From positions 9,689-73,688 of the forward strand of contig CANMGT010000010.1 of NCBI GenBank assembly GCA_947497495.1: a stretch of DNA of 64,000 nt, given 5' to 3'. Made by a program: the position numbers and the translations under genes. Positions 46,817 through 56,021 of the stretch are shown piece by piece (positions within the stretch are counted from its first letter, which is position 1; the number at the start of each line of letters is the position of its first letter). Under the pieces are notes generated by a model. The model was not told where the DNA came from, ran no database searches, and saw only the letters and a list, made by a program, of their open reading frames with translations. This stretch comes from an uncultured Lentibacter sp. (lineage in GTDB: Bacteria > Pseudomonadota > Alphaproteobacteria > Rhodobacterales > Rhodobacteraceae).

Positions 46817-48028
46817 CTAGAACCCAAACCACTGTGCCCAAAGCCCCGCCGCGTAAAACATCAGCGACAGGGTGATCATGATCAGGCCCAAGCCGCGCTT
46901 GTCACGCAGGGCAAAAACGATCGGATCGTAGTCCTGCTTGCCGTAATAGCCAAGCCGCACCATACGCCAGAGCCACGCCGCAAGCGGGGCAATCGCCAGC
47001 CACAGGAACCAGCGGTCAGGGTAAAGCGCGCGGGCCTGTGCGCTGAGACTGTAAAGATAAAAGATCGCCAGAGCCGCGACCATGCTGACCACGGAGAAGT
47101 TCAGAAGCTTGCCACGGTCAAGCCGGCTATAGCCCCGGCCCGGCAGGCGCTCGTCATTCTTGGCCAAGGTCAGCTCAGTCAGCCGCTTCACAGCGCCCAG
47201 CGTGAGAAACACCGGAAAGATGAAAAATAGCATCGCCGCCGAAACCGCCACTTGCGCGGCCGCCGCGCCTGCAACCACGCGTACAGAGTAAAGCGAAGCT
47301 AGCATAAAGATATCAACCCAGCGCATCCGCTTGAGGCGCATCGAATATGTTACCGACACAAAGACATATAATACTGTGATCGCCAGAAACTGCGGCCCAA
47401 GGTAAGCGCCAACGCCAAGGGCGATGCAGACAAGCACCAGCCCCGTCAGCATCCCGACACTCAAAGGCACCGTGCCACTGGCAAAGGGGCGTTTGCATTT
47501 CTTGGGGTGCAGGCGGTCGGCCTCCAGATCAAGCAGGTCATTCACGACGTAGATAGAAGAGGCCGCCGCCGAAAACGCGACCATCCCCAAAAGGGCCTGC
47601 ATAATGGAAATCGCGTTAAACTGGTGGGCCGCCAAAAGAGGTAAGAGCAACAGCACATTCTTAACCCACTGATGCGGGCGAATGGCTTTCAGAAGGCTTT
47701 TCACGCTCCAGCCCTCTGCGCTTTTTTCGGCTTTGCCTGCGAAATCAGTGACAGTGTCAAAGCCGTAATGCGCGGCAACAGCTTTCGCCAACTCGGGCGC
47801 GCCGCTTGCATCAATCGCAACAGGCTTGCCCTCGGCCCTTAAAGCCACCATCCGCGCCAGCACGGCTTCGTCAATTGGCAGCAGATCAACCCGCAAGGCA
47901 TCGCCCTCGGCGCGCGCGCCTTTCAAAGCGGCCATAGGCGCTTTGCCAAATGTCGCCCAGAATTGCTCCAAACGGGGACTGGTGCGCAAAAGCCCATCTT
48001 TCAGCGCAAAAACCGTCACGTCGCTCAT
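46817..48028 (-). CDS. UbiA-family polyprenyl-phosphate phosphoribosyltransferase (DPPR synthase/NoeC-like) with degenerate N-terminal HAD-like domain
   Basis: IRPHQWVKN, YVVNDLLDLEADRLHP.K..RPFASG, YS..LKR...VDI, KRLTEL, YDPIVFALRD. Confidence 0.88.
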   Translation of the reverse strand: MSDVTVFALKDGLLRTSPRLEQFWATFGKAPMAALKGARAEGDALRVDLLPIDEAVLARMVALRAEGKPVAIDASGAPELAKAVAAHYGFDTVTDFAGKAEKSAEGWSVKSLLKAIRPHQWVKNVLLLLPLLAAHQFNAISIMQALLGMVAFSAAASSIYVVNDLLDLEADRLHPKKCKRPFASGTVPLSVGMLTGLVLVCIALGVGAYLGPQFLAITVLYVFVSVTYSMRLKRMRWVDIFMLASLYSVRVVAGAAAAQVAVSAAMLFFIFPVFLTLGAVKRLTELTLAKNDERLPGRGYSRLDRGKLLNFSVVSMVAALAIFYLYSLSAQARALYPDRWFLWLAIAPLAAWLWRMVRLGYYGKQDYDPIVFALRDKRGLGLIMITLSLMFYAAGLWAQWFGF

Positions 48029-48029
48029 G

Positions 48030-48899
48030 CTAATTCTCAGCCTTTGCAAATTTCACATTAAAAACACAGCCGTCTGTGACAAGCTCGGGCGGTGTCAGAC
48101 ACAGCCCACGCGCGGTTTTGAAGGCGGCGAGGACTTTTGGCACATAGTCGCGCGTTTCTTTATAGTCAGGCACACCGCCATTGCGCCGAACGGCGTTCTC
48201 ACCCGCGTTATAGCTGGCGAGAACAAGGATCGGGTCATTCTTGAACTGTTTCATCAGCACGTTCAGGTAGGCTACACCGCCTTTGATGTTCTGGTCGGCC
48301 TGCATGGCATCTGTCACGCCAAAGCGCTCGGCGGTTGGCGGCATCAGCTGCATCAGCCCCTGCGCGCCGGCTTTGCTCACCGCATCTACCCGCCCGCCGC
48401 TTTCGATCGCGATCACCGCCAGCACAAGCGCCGGCGAAACTTCGGTTCCAATCGTGGCTTTCAGAATTTCCGCGCCGCGCTTTGAGGCGATCTCTTGCAA
48501 GACTTGCAAGCGCGGCGACTTGACTGTCTTGCCAGAGGGCCCGTTCGCGAGATGTATAAGTGCAGGGCGCAGCCTTCCTGGCCCGCTTTCTTCTAGCTTT
48601 GGCGAGATTGTCTCCCAGAACCAAGCATAATGCGCGTCCGATTTGGCGGCCGCGGGTGCCTCGCCTTTCTGTGCGGCTTTGGGCTTCACAGCCGCTGGCT
48701 TTACAAGCGACGAGCTTTTGCCGCGCTGGCGCTCAAGGTCTTGCGGAGAAATCTGGATGGTAATGCGCTTCTTTTTGCTCGCAGAACTGGGCGGCTTCAC
48801 GCGCTTGAACGTGAAGTCGGCAAACGGCGCAGGCTCATCTGCAGCCGCTGGCATAGCGCAAATCAGCGCCACCAGTGAAGTTTTCAATAGGCCCCGCAT
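48030..48899 (-). CDS. Secreted lytic transglycosylase (SLT domain)
   Basis: Signal peptide; VIAIESGG, SKAGAQGLMQLMP, LASYNAGE, ETRDYVPKV. Confidence 0.92.
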   Translation of the reverse strand: MRGLLKTSLVALICAMPAAADEPAPFADFTFKRVKPPSSASKKKRITIQISPQDLERQRGKSSSLVKPAAVKPKAAQKGEAPAAAKSDAHYAWFWETISPKLEESGPGRLRPALIHLANGPSGKTVKSPRLQVLQEIASKRGAEILKATIGTEVSPALVLAVIAIESGGRVDAVSKAGAQGLMQLMPPTAERFGVTDAMQADQNIKGGVAYLNVLMKQFKNDPILVLASYNAGENAVRRNGGVPDYKETRDYVPKVLAAFKTARGLCLTPPELVTDGCVFNVKFAKAEN

Positions 48900-49256
48900 G
48901 TTTCTGCGTTCTGCTCGCCTCTGTTTTATTACCTGCACATTCGCAGAATCCGCGCCAAAACGCTAGCAAAAGCCGAAATTTGCGCCACATTTGATAGGTT
49001 TTTCGCGCAAAAACATCTTAATAGTGATGTTTGCCAACCAAAATAAAAAACTTTATCATTTAAAAACAATAGTTTGACACAAAACCCCCTGTCTCCTCAG
49101 AAAATCACGGAAAATGCTTAAATCGCGCCCAATTCTTGCCCAAGTCTGGGGGCTATATTGCTTCATACCAAGTCGGAGACGGGCCATAGAGAGAGCGGCC
49201 CACAGAGTTGAAGATGCGGTTTTGTAAACCTTAGAGATCCTTTGGAGGGACCTACC

Positions 49257-49445
49257 ATGATGAAATTTATCAAAAACTTCCGTAAAGACGAAGACGGCGC
49301 CGTAACAGTTGACTGGGTTGTTCTTACAGCCGCGGTTGTTGGCCTTGCAGTTGCTGCATACTCATCAATCCAAACTGGTGCAGAAGACCTGACGTCACGC
49401 ACAAACGACTTCATGGGCAGCCAGAACCCTGGTTCGTTCAACTAA
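49257..49445 (+). CDS. flp: Flp family type IVc pilin 1
   Basis: FRKDEDG|AVTVDWVVLTAAVVGL; GGAGG SD upstream. Confidence 0.88.
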   Translation: MMKFIKNFRKDEDGAVTVDWVVLTAAVVGLAVAAYSSIQTGAEDLTSRTNDFMGSQNPGSFN

Positions 49446-49453
49446 GTTGACGA

Positions 49454-49484
49454 GTGCCGCATCGCCTTTCGGGCGGTGCGGCAC
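49454..49484 (+). other. 13-bp GC-rich hairpin between the two pilin genes (no U-tract)
   Basis: GTGCCGCATCGCC-TTTCG-GGCGGTGCGGCAC. Confidence 0.7.
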
Positions 49485-49537
49485 CTTCACGTCTGAACCA
49501 GACGTGCAATGCTGCACATTTTCGGAAAGGCCAAGAC

Positions 49538-49723
49538 ATGCTGCTTAAAGTTAAACGGTTTTTCTCACGAGAAGAAGGTGCTGTCACTGTCGACTGGGTT
49601 GTTCTTTCAGCTGCTGTTGTGGGCCTTATGGCCGCAGGTTACGGCTCGATGAAAGACGCAACAACTGATCTTGCAGATGGCACTGAAGATTATATGAGTT
49701 CTGCTGTGCCCGGTAGTTTCTAA
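49538..49723 (+). CDS. flp: Flp family pilin 2
   Basis: FSREEG|AVTVDWVVLSAAVVGL, paralogue of pilin 1. Confidence 0.85.
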   Translation: MLLKVKRFFSREEGAVTVDWVVLSAAVVGLMAAGYGSMKDATTDLADGTEDYMSSAVPGSF

Positions 49724-49752
49724 GCACGCCGAGCTTGCAAATTTTCGAAGAG

Positions 49753-49778
49753 CCGCTGAAGAACTCAGCGGTTTTTTT
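49753..49778 (+). terminator. Rho-independent terminator after the pilin pair
   Basis: CCGCTGA-AGAAC-TCAGCGG followed by a T run. Confidence 0.8.
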
Positions 49779-49911
49779 GCGTCTGCCCCGCTGATTTTCC
49801 GTCAAAACACCATGGCCAGACCATGTTGTTGCCACATTCGGATGGCACATTCCTCGCAAGGTGTGACGGCTCCGAGCCTGTGACCCATGATAATTGATTG
49901 AGGATTCTAAA

Positions 49912-50748
49912 ATGCGAGCCGTATTTGGATTGGTACTTGTTATAGGTGTGGGGCTTGCAGGCTTCGCAGTCTACATGGCGAAAGGTTATATCGACGGCCA
50001 AAGATCAGCCCTTGCAGAGGCACGGGCCAATTCCGGCTCGGTTGACACCATCAAAATTTTCGTCACCAAAAAGGCCGTTAAATACGGCGACGAGCTAACA
50101 GCCGAGGACGTTCGGTTGGTTATGTGGCCCGTCAGTTCGGTGCCCGAAGGTGCCTACACCATTCCCGAAGAGCTTTTCCCGCAAGGGTTTGACAAGCCGC
50201 GCGCTGTGTTGCGCTCTATCGAGCCCGGCGAAGCGATCCTTGAAGCCAAGCTCACAGCCCCAGGCGAGCTCGCGGGCCTGACCGCCCTTCTCAAACCCGG
50301 CCAAAGCGCCTTCACGATCGAAGTGGACGTGTCTTCGGGGGTGTCCGGCTTCCTGCGTCCTGGTCACCATGTTGATGTCTACTGGACAGTGCGCACCGAT
50401 GAGGGCGAAATCACCAAGCTTCTGCAGACAAGCCTGCCGCTGATCGCGATTGACCAGTCAGCCAATGAAGAGGTTAAATCATCCGGCATCGCCAAGACAG
50501 TGACAGTCGCGGTAAGCTCGCAACAGGCCGCAAACCTGCAGCAAGCGCAGTCGACCGGTAACCTTGCCCTCGCCCTTGTTGGTTCGGATCAAGACCGCCC
50601 GACAGAGACTGTCGAAGTCAATCAGCGCAAACTTCTTGGCCTCGCAGCCGTCGAAGCGCCCGTTGTTGCAGAAAAAGAAAAGATCTGCACAATCCGCACA
50701 CGCCGCGGCGCAGAAGTTGTCCAGATCGAGATCCCTTGCACAAATTGA
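49912..50748 (+). CDS. cpaB: Flp pilus assembly protein CpaB/RcpC
   Basis: SAF-like domain; SGVSGFLRPGHHVDVY, LIAIDQ, TVTVAVS. Confidence 0.9.
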   Translation: MRAVFGLVLVIGVGLAGFAVYMAKGYIDGQRSALAEARANSGSVDTIKIFVTKKAVKYGDELTAEDVRLVMWPVSSVPEGAYTIPEELFPQGFDKPRAVLRSIEPGEAILEAKLTAPGELAGLTALLKPGQSAFTIEVDVSSGVSGFLRPGHHVDVYWTVRTDEGEITKLLQTSLPLIAIDQSANEEVKSSGIAKTVTVAVSSQQAANLQQAQSTGNLALALVGSDQDRPTETVEVNQRKLLGLAAVEAPVVAEKEKICTIRTRRGAEVVQIEIPCTN

Positions 50749-50966
50749 GGTAGCTCGCGGCTCGATCGATACCACATCATGAGGCGCGGCTCTGGCTGCG
50801 CTTCATCGCGTTCCACGGGATCAAAACCTCGTCTGTTGCGCGAGACCCACATAAGGAGTGCAAGCGAAACTACTGATTCTTGCAATAAAAATCAAAATGA
50901 AGCATGGTCACGGTAATAAGGGGAAAACCCCACATAAAACCCACGTGATCGGAGAGGCAGGTCACT

Positions 50967-52391
50967 ATGAAATTGAGCAGAACCCTACAGGCGGTTGCCG
51001 CTGGGCTTGTGTTGGCACTTTCAACACTTCCAAGCGCATCATTCGCTGAATCATTGCGCGTCGTGAAACGCGGCACATCAAAGACTCTTGAAGTGCCGAT
51101 GAACCGCGCAGTTGTTGTCGAAAGTGATCAGGCATTCGCCGAGCTTTCGATCGCCAACCCCGCGATTGCTGACATCTCGTCCTTGTCAGACCGCACAATC
51201 TATGTGCTCGGTAAATCGCCGGGCCTGACCACGATGACGATCCTTGACGCCAATGGCCGCTTGATCACAAACGTCAATGTGCGCGTCGCGGCGGATATTT
51301 CCGAATTCAAAGAGCGCCTGCGCCAAATTCTCCCTGGTGAGAAAGTCGAAGTGCGCACCGCAAACGACGGCATCGTGCTGTCTGGCACCATTTCATCAGC
51401 GTCGCGCCTTCAGCGGGCGCTTGATCTGGCCGAACGCTACGCACCCGAGCGGGTTTCCAACCTGATGGTTGTAGGCGGAATCCAGCAAGTGATGCTGAAA
51501 GTGCGCTTTGCCGAAATGGAGCGCACCGTTTCCAAGCAACTGAGCGCCTCGCTGGCTGTCAATGGCAGCTCACTGGGCGGCAACCTTGGCCTTAACGGCG
51601 GTAGCAACACTCTCAACACCTCGGGTGGCGTGACAACGGCCCTCGGCGGCGCGATCCCGTCCCTGTCAGAACAGAACGGCGCAATGCTGTTTGGCTTCAA
51701 TGCCGGCTCTGTTGAAGTGGGTGTTTTGCTGGAAGCTCTTGAAACCAAAGGCATTGTTCGCACCTTGGCCGAGCCCAACCTCACTGCCCTTTCGGGCCAG
51801 GAGGCAAGGTTCCTCGCGGGTGGCGAATATCCTGTGCCAGTGGCGCAAGACGGTGGTTCTGTCACGATCGAATACAAACCCTTCGGTGTTGAGCTTAACT
51901 TCATCCCGCGGGTTGTCGACGGCGACTTGATCAACCTCGAGCTTGAGGCCGCGGTCTCCTCGCTCGATCCGACAAACGGCGCGACATTCAGTGGCTTCAC
52001 TGTTGACGCGTTCAAAAAGCGCGAAACCTCGACAACCGTTGAGTTGCGCGACGGGGAAAGCTTTGCCATCGCGGGGCTGTTGCTTGACGACTTCCTCGAC
52101 ACAGCAGGCCAGGTGCCTTGGTTGGGTGACATCCCGATCCTCGGCGCCTTGTTCCGCAGCGCAAGCTACCAGCGCAAACAATCCGAGCTTGTGATCATCA
52201 TCACAGCACATCTTGTCACACCAACGCGCGGCGAAGCCTATGTGCTTCCAACAGACCGTGTGCGCCCACCATCGGAGAAAGACTTCTTCCTCCACGGACG
52301 TGTCGGCAGCACAGGCGAAGTGCAACGCGGCGTAGTCGGAGAAGTCGCCAAGCAAGACTTTAACGGCTCTTATGGCTATGTAATGGAGTAA
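50967..52391 (+). CDS. cpaC: Pilus secretin CpaC/RcpA
   Basis: QQVMLKVRFAEM, LAEPNL.ALSGQEA.FLAGGEYPVP, PWLGDIPILGALFRS. Confidence 0.93.
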   Translation: MKLSRTLQAVAAGLVLALSTLPSASFAESLRVVKRGTSKTLEVPMNRAVVVESDQAFAELSIANPAIADISSLSDRTIYVLGKSPGLTTMTILDANGRLITNVNVRVAADISEFKERLRQILPGEKVEVRTANDGIVLSGTISSASRLQRALDLAERYAPERVSNLMVVGGIQQVMLKVRFAEMERTVSKQLSASLAVNGSSLGGNLGLNGGSNTLNTSGGVTTALGGAIPSLSEQNGAMLFGFNAGSVEVGVLLEALETKGIVRTLAEPNLTALSGQEARFLAGGEYPVPVAQDGGSVTIEYKPFGVELNFIPRVVDGDLINLELEAAVSSLDPTNGATFSGFTVDAFKKRETSTTVELRDGESFAIAGLLLDDFLDTAGQVPWLGDIPILGALFRSASYQRKQSELVIIITAHLVTPTRGEAYVLPTDRVRPPSEKDFFLHGRVGSTGEVQRGVVGEVAKQDFNGSYGYVME

Positions 52392-52407
52392 TGCGATGCG
52401 GGGGCAT

Positions 52408-53082
52408 ATGAAAAAACATATCACCAAAACAAGCGTTATCGCGCTTTCAGCAGGGCTTGTTCTTGCTGGCTGCGGCAACCACCATCCTTCGATGATGCGC
52501 CTTAACAGCGAAGCCGGAACCTTGCTTCAAAGCAGCGACTTCGGCAACTCGACGATGAACAACACCCAGATTAACTCTGGTGAGAAGTCCTACACGATCG
52601 ATCTGGCAAACCGCTTTGCCTCAGATGTGATCACGACTGTGCATTTCGCCTTCAACAGCTCGCAGCTTGATGCGGGCGCGCAAGATGCACTTCGTGAGCA
52701 GGCCAAATGGATCCGTCAGTTCCCTGAAGTGCGCTTCCGTGTCTTTGGCCACGCTGACGCCCCTGGCTCGAACGGCTACAACAAAACCCTCGGCCTGCGT
52801 CGGGCGCGTGCTGTTGTTGCCTTCCTGTCCACGCAGGGGATCAGCCGCAAGCGTCTCGAAGCTGTCTCGTCTCTCGGTGAAACGCAGCCGCTGGTCGCAA
52901 CAGATGGCCGCGAGCGCCGCAACAGGCGCGCTGTGACAGAAGTCTCGGGTTTTGTGCAGTCACACAGAAGTGTTCTTGATGGCAAATATGCCTCGATCAT
53001 CTATCGGGATTACATCAAAAGCGCCGAGGCTCCGACGGGGCTTTCAACAATATCGGGCTCCGAATTGTCCACCGAAAACTAA
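52408..53082 (+). CDS. OmpA-family lipoprotein of the Tad locus
   Basis: Lipobox LAGC; VHFAFNSS, GHAD, LGLRRARAV, NRRAV. Confidence 0.88.
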   Translation: MKKHITKTSVIALSAGLVLAGCGNHHPSMMRLNSEAGTLLQSSDFGNSTMNNTQINSGEKSYTIDLANRFASDVITTVHFAFNSSQLDAGAQDALREQAKWIRQFPEVRFRVFGHADAPGSNGYNKTLGLRRARAVVAFLSTQGISRKRLEAVSSLGETQPLVATDGRERRNRRAVTEVSGFVQSHRSVLDGKYASIIYRDYIKSAEAPTGLSTISGSELSTEN

Positions 53083-53085
53083 CTC

Positions 53086-53109
53086 AAAAAGGCGCTTCGG
53101 CGCCTTTTT
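53086..53109. terminator. Bidirectional intrinsic terminator with UUCG loop
   Basis: AAAAAGGCGC-TTCG-GCGCCTTTTT. Confidence 0.85.
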
Positions 53110-53290
53110 CATTGGTTCCTCTCAGGAACAAATACCGCAGAATGGGAGCTTTTTAGCCGTATTTCTGCCCCAGTGTTCAACGATATTTTCTCAAAGAAGT
53201 AGTGTGCCCAATGGTTTTCGGGGCGCGGGTTTAAGGCCAGAGGCAGCTTAACTGTCCGACTCCCTTGAACCTTTAATTGAGGAATAGGCA

Positions 53291-54547
53291 ATGACGAGCG
53301 CAAACATTCAACAATCCGAGCTTCCGCAGCTTAAAGCAGTCACCGTGAGTCGCGATGTGCAAGAGTTCGACTTGCTGATCGAAGACATGGAAGCCGAGCT
53401 GGGCGAAGCCTGGGGCGACCTCGGGTTTGCCGAAGCCCGCACATTCTTTGAGCAACCCGAAGCCGAGTCTCTTGAGTTCATCGCGCTGGCGATGGATGCG
53501 CAAGACGAAGAGAAGCTCGTCGTTTTGGGCGATATCATCAAAACAGCGCAAGCCAAGGGCATCAAAGTGATCCTGATCGCGGAAGATGTAACCCCTGCGG
53601 CATTGCACCAGCTTTTGCGGGACGGCGCTGACGAGTTTGTCCCCTACCCGCTTCCCGAAAGTGAGTTGCGCGCCGCGATCAAACGCCTCAACAGCGTTCA
53701 ACAACCGCCCGAGCCACTGGCGCAGGTCGCGGCCCCCACAGCCTCACCTGTCGTTGCAGGCCCGGGCAACAAGGACGGTTCGGTTTTCGCGGTGCACGGT
53801 CTGGCCGGCGGCACAGGCGCGACAACCCTCGCCGTGAACCTCGCTTGGGAGCTGGCAACAATCGACAAAACAGCCGCGCCAAAAGTCTGCCTGATCGACT
53901 TTGATCTGCAGTTCGGCTCGGTTGCGACATACCTCGACTTGCCGCGCCTTGAGCCGATCTTCGAGCTGCTGTCTGACACCGACTCCATGGATGCTGATAT
54001 GTTCACACATGCGCTTGTCGGCTATGACGACAAGCTCAGCGTGTTCACGGCCCCTTCCGAGATGATCCCGCTGGATCTGATCACAACAGAAGACATCAAC
54101 CGCATCATAACGCTGGCGAAAGCCCATTTTGACTATGTCATCATCGACATGCCAAAGACGCTCGTGCAGTGGACAGAAGCCGTGCTGCGTCACGCTGATG
54201 TTTACTTCGCACCTGTCGAGCTTGATATGCGCTCGGCCCAGAACACGCTGCGTGTCAAACGTGCGTTGCAGGCCGAAGGCTTGCCAATCGAGAAGCTTCG
54301 CTATGTGCTCAACCGCGCGCCGAAGTTCACTGATCTGAACGGCAAAGCCCGCGTCAAGCGTTTGAGCGAGAGCCTCGACATTGTGATCGACGTGCAGCTG
54401 CCCGATGGTGGCAAGCCCGTCACACAGGGCGCTGACCACGGTCTGCCGCTTGCCAGTTCAGCAGGCAAGAACCCGCTTCGCAAAGAAATTTCCAAGCTCG
54501 CAGCCGAGCTTCACGCCGTCGGCCAGTCCGACGTCAAAGCCGCTTAA
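53291..54547 (+). CDS. cpaE: Pilus localisation ATPase CpaE/TadZ
   Basis: Receiver-like N-domain; GGTGATTLAVNLA deviant Walker A; LIDFDLQFG. Confidence 0.9.
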   Translation: MTSANIQQSELPQLKAVTVSRDVQEFDLLIEDMEAELGEAWGDLGFAEARTFFEQPEAESLEFIALAMDAQDEEKLVVLGDIIKTAQAKGIKVILIAEDVTPAALHQLLRDGADEFVPYPLPESELRAAIKRLNSVQQPPEPLAQVAAPTASPVVAGPGNKDGSVFAVHGLAGGTGATTLAVNLAWELATIDKTAAPKVCLIDFDLQFGSVATYLDLPRLEPIFELLSDTDSMDADMFTHALVGYDDKLSVFTAPSEMIPLDLITTEDINRIITLAKAHFDYVIIDMPKTLVQWTEAVLRHADVYFAPVELDMRSAQNTLRVKRALQAEGLPIEKLRYVLNRAPKFTDLNGKARVKRLSESLDIVIDVQLPDGGKPVTQGADHGLPLASSAGKNPLRKEISKLAAELHAVGQSDVKAA

Positions 54548-54561
54548 GGGAGAGAAAACAG

Positions 54562-56016
54562 ATGTTTTCGCGCTATAAAAAGGAAGGGGCCGCTGCAAAG
54601 CCCGCCGCTTCAGCCAACGTCACCGAGCTTCCGACAGCCGCAACGGCTGAAGCCGCAGTTGAGGTCAAACCAGCCGCAAGCCTGCGCCGTCATGTCGAGA
54701 AGCAGCACGCGGTTCCTGTCGCCGCCGACAAGGAAATCAAGCGCCGCGACCGCATTGGCGAGCTCAAACTCGAGCTGCACCGCGAGCTGCTCGACAACCT
54801 GAACCTGGCCGCTCTTGAAACCGCTGCCGAAGCCGACTTGCGCGCCGAGATCAACGCGATCGCCGACGAAGCTCTCGCAGCGAAAAACGTTGTCCTCAAC
54901 CGCGAAGACCGCACAACCCTGTGCAGCGAGCTGTTTGACGAAGTAAAGGGCCTCGGCCCGCTTGAGACGCTCCTGAAAGACGAAACCGTCAACGATATTC
55001 TCGTCAATGGCCCGCGCCAGATCTTTGTGGAACGCAACGGTAAGCTTCAGCTCACCGACGTGACCTTCAAAGACGAAAAACACCTGATGCGGATCATCGA
55101 CAAGATCGTTTCCGCCGTTGGCCGCCGCGTCGACGAAAGCAACCCCTACGTCGATGCGCGCTTGCAAGACGGCTCGCGCTTCAACGCCATGGTGCCGCCG
55201 ATCGCGGTTGACGGCAGCCTTGTGTCTATTCGTAAGTTCAAAAAAGACAAACTCGGCATCGACGATCTTGTCAGTTTTGGCGCCTTCTCCGAAGAGATGG
55301 CCGCCTATTTGCAAGCCGCCGTGTCTACCCGCCTCAACGTGATCGTCTCAGGCGGTACGGGCTCGGGTAAAACGACAACGCTCAACGCGCTTTCAAGCTT
55401 TATTGATGATGCCGAGCGCATCCTGACGATCGAAGACACCGCCGAACTCCAGCTGCAACAAACTCACGTTGGCCGGATGGAAAGCCGCCCGCCGAACGTG
55501 GAAGGCAAGGGCGAGGTTTCCCCGCGCGACTGTTTGAAAAACGCCCTTCGTATGCGCCCTGACCGCATCATCGTTGGTGAAACGCGCGGCGAAGAAGTTA
55601 TCGATATGTTGCAGGCCATGAACACAGGCCACGACGGCTCGATGACAACGATCCACGCCAACAACCCGCGCGATGGCATCTCGCGTCTGGAAAACATGAT
55701 CGCCATGGCCGGTATCGAAATGCCGCTCAAAGCCGTGCGCTCGCAGGTGTCTTCCGCCGTCAACCTGATCGTGCAGGCCTCTCGTTTGCAAGACGGCTCG
55801 CGCCGGATGACCTCGATCACCGAGATCACCGGCATGGAAGGTGACGTGATCTCAATGCAGGAAGTGTTCCGCTTCCAGCGCGTTGGCCTCACACCGGACA
55901 ACAAAATCATCGGTCACTTCACGGCCACAGGCGTGCGCTCGCACTTCTCCGAGCGTTTCCGTCTCTGGGGCTACGATTTGCCAGCCTCCCTCTTTGAACC
56001 TGTCGCAGCGGAGTAA
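54562..56016 (+). CDS. cpaF: Pilus assembly ATPase CpaF/TadA
   Basis: [38 protein letters not shown]. Confidence 0.96.
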   Translation: MFSRYKKEGAAAKPAASANVTELPTAATAEAAVEVKPAASLRRHVEKQHAVPVAADKEIKRRDRIGELKLELHRELLDNLNLAALETAAEADLRAEINAIADEALAAKNVVLNREDRTTLCSELFDEVKGLGPLETLLKDETVNDILVNGPRQIFVERNGKLQLTDVTFKDEKHLMRIIDKIVSAVGRRVDESNPYVDARLQDGSRFNAMVPPIAVDGSLVSIRKFKKDKLGIDDLVSFGAFSEEMAAYLQAAVSTRLNVIVSGGTGSGKTTTLNALSSFIDDAERILTIEDTAELQLQQTHVGRMESRPPNVEGKGEVSPRDCLKNALRMRPDRIIVGETRGEEVIDMLQAMNTGHDGSMTTIHANNPRDGISRLENMIAMAGIEMPLKAVRSQVSSAVNLIVQASRLQDGSRRMTSITEITGMEGDVISMQEVFRFQRVGLTPDNKIIGHFTATGVRSHFSERFRLWGYDLPASLFEPVAAE

Positions 56017-56021
56017 GCCAA

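Noticed and set aside
48960-49256. AT-rich patch as foreign DNA, and CtrA boxes upstream of flp, tadG and the pleD-like gene
   Set aside because: The patch is short and promoter-like. Only half sites or two-mismatch TTAA-N7-TTAA matches were found, too weak to call.
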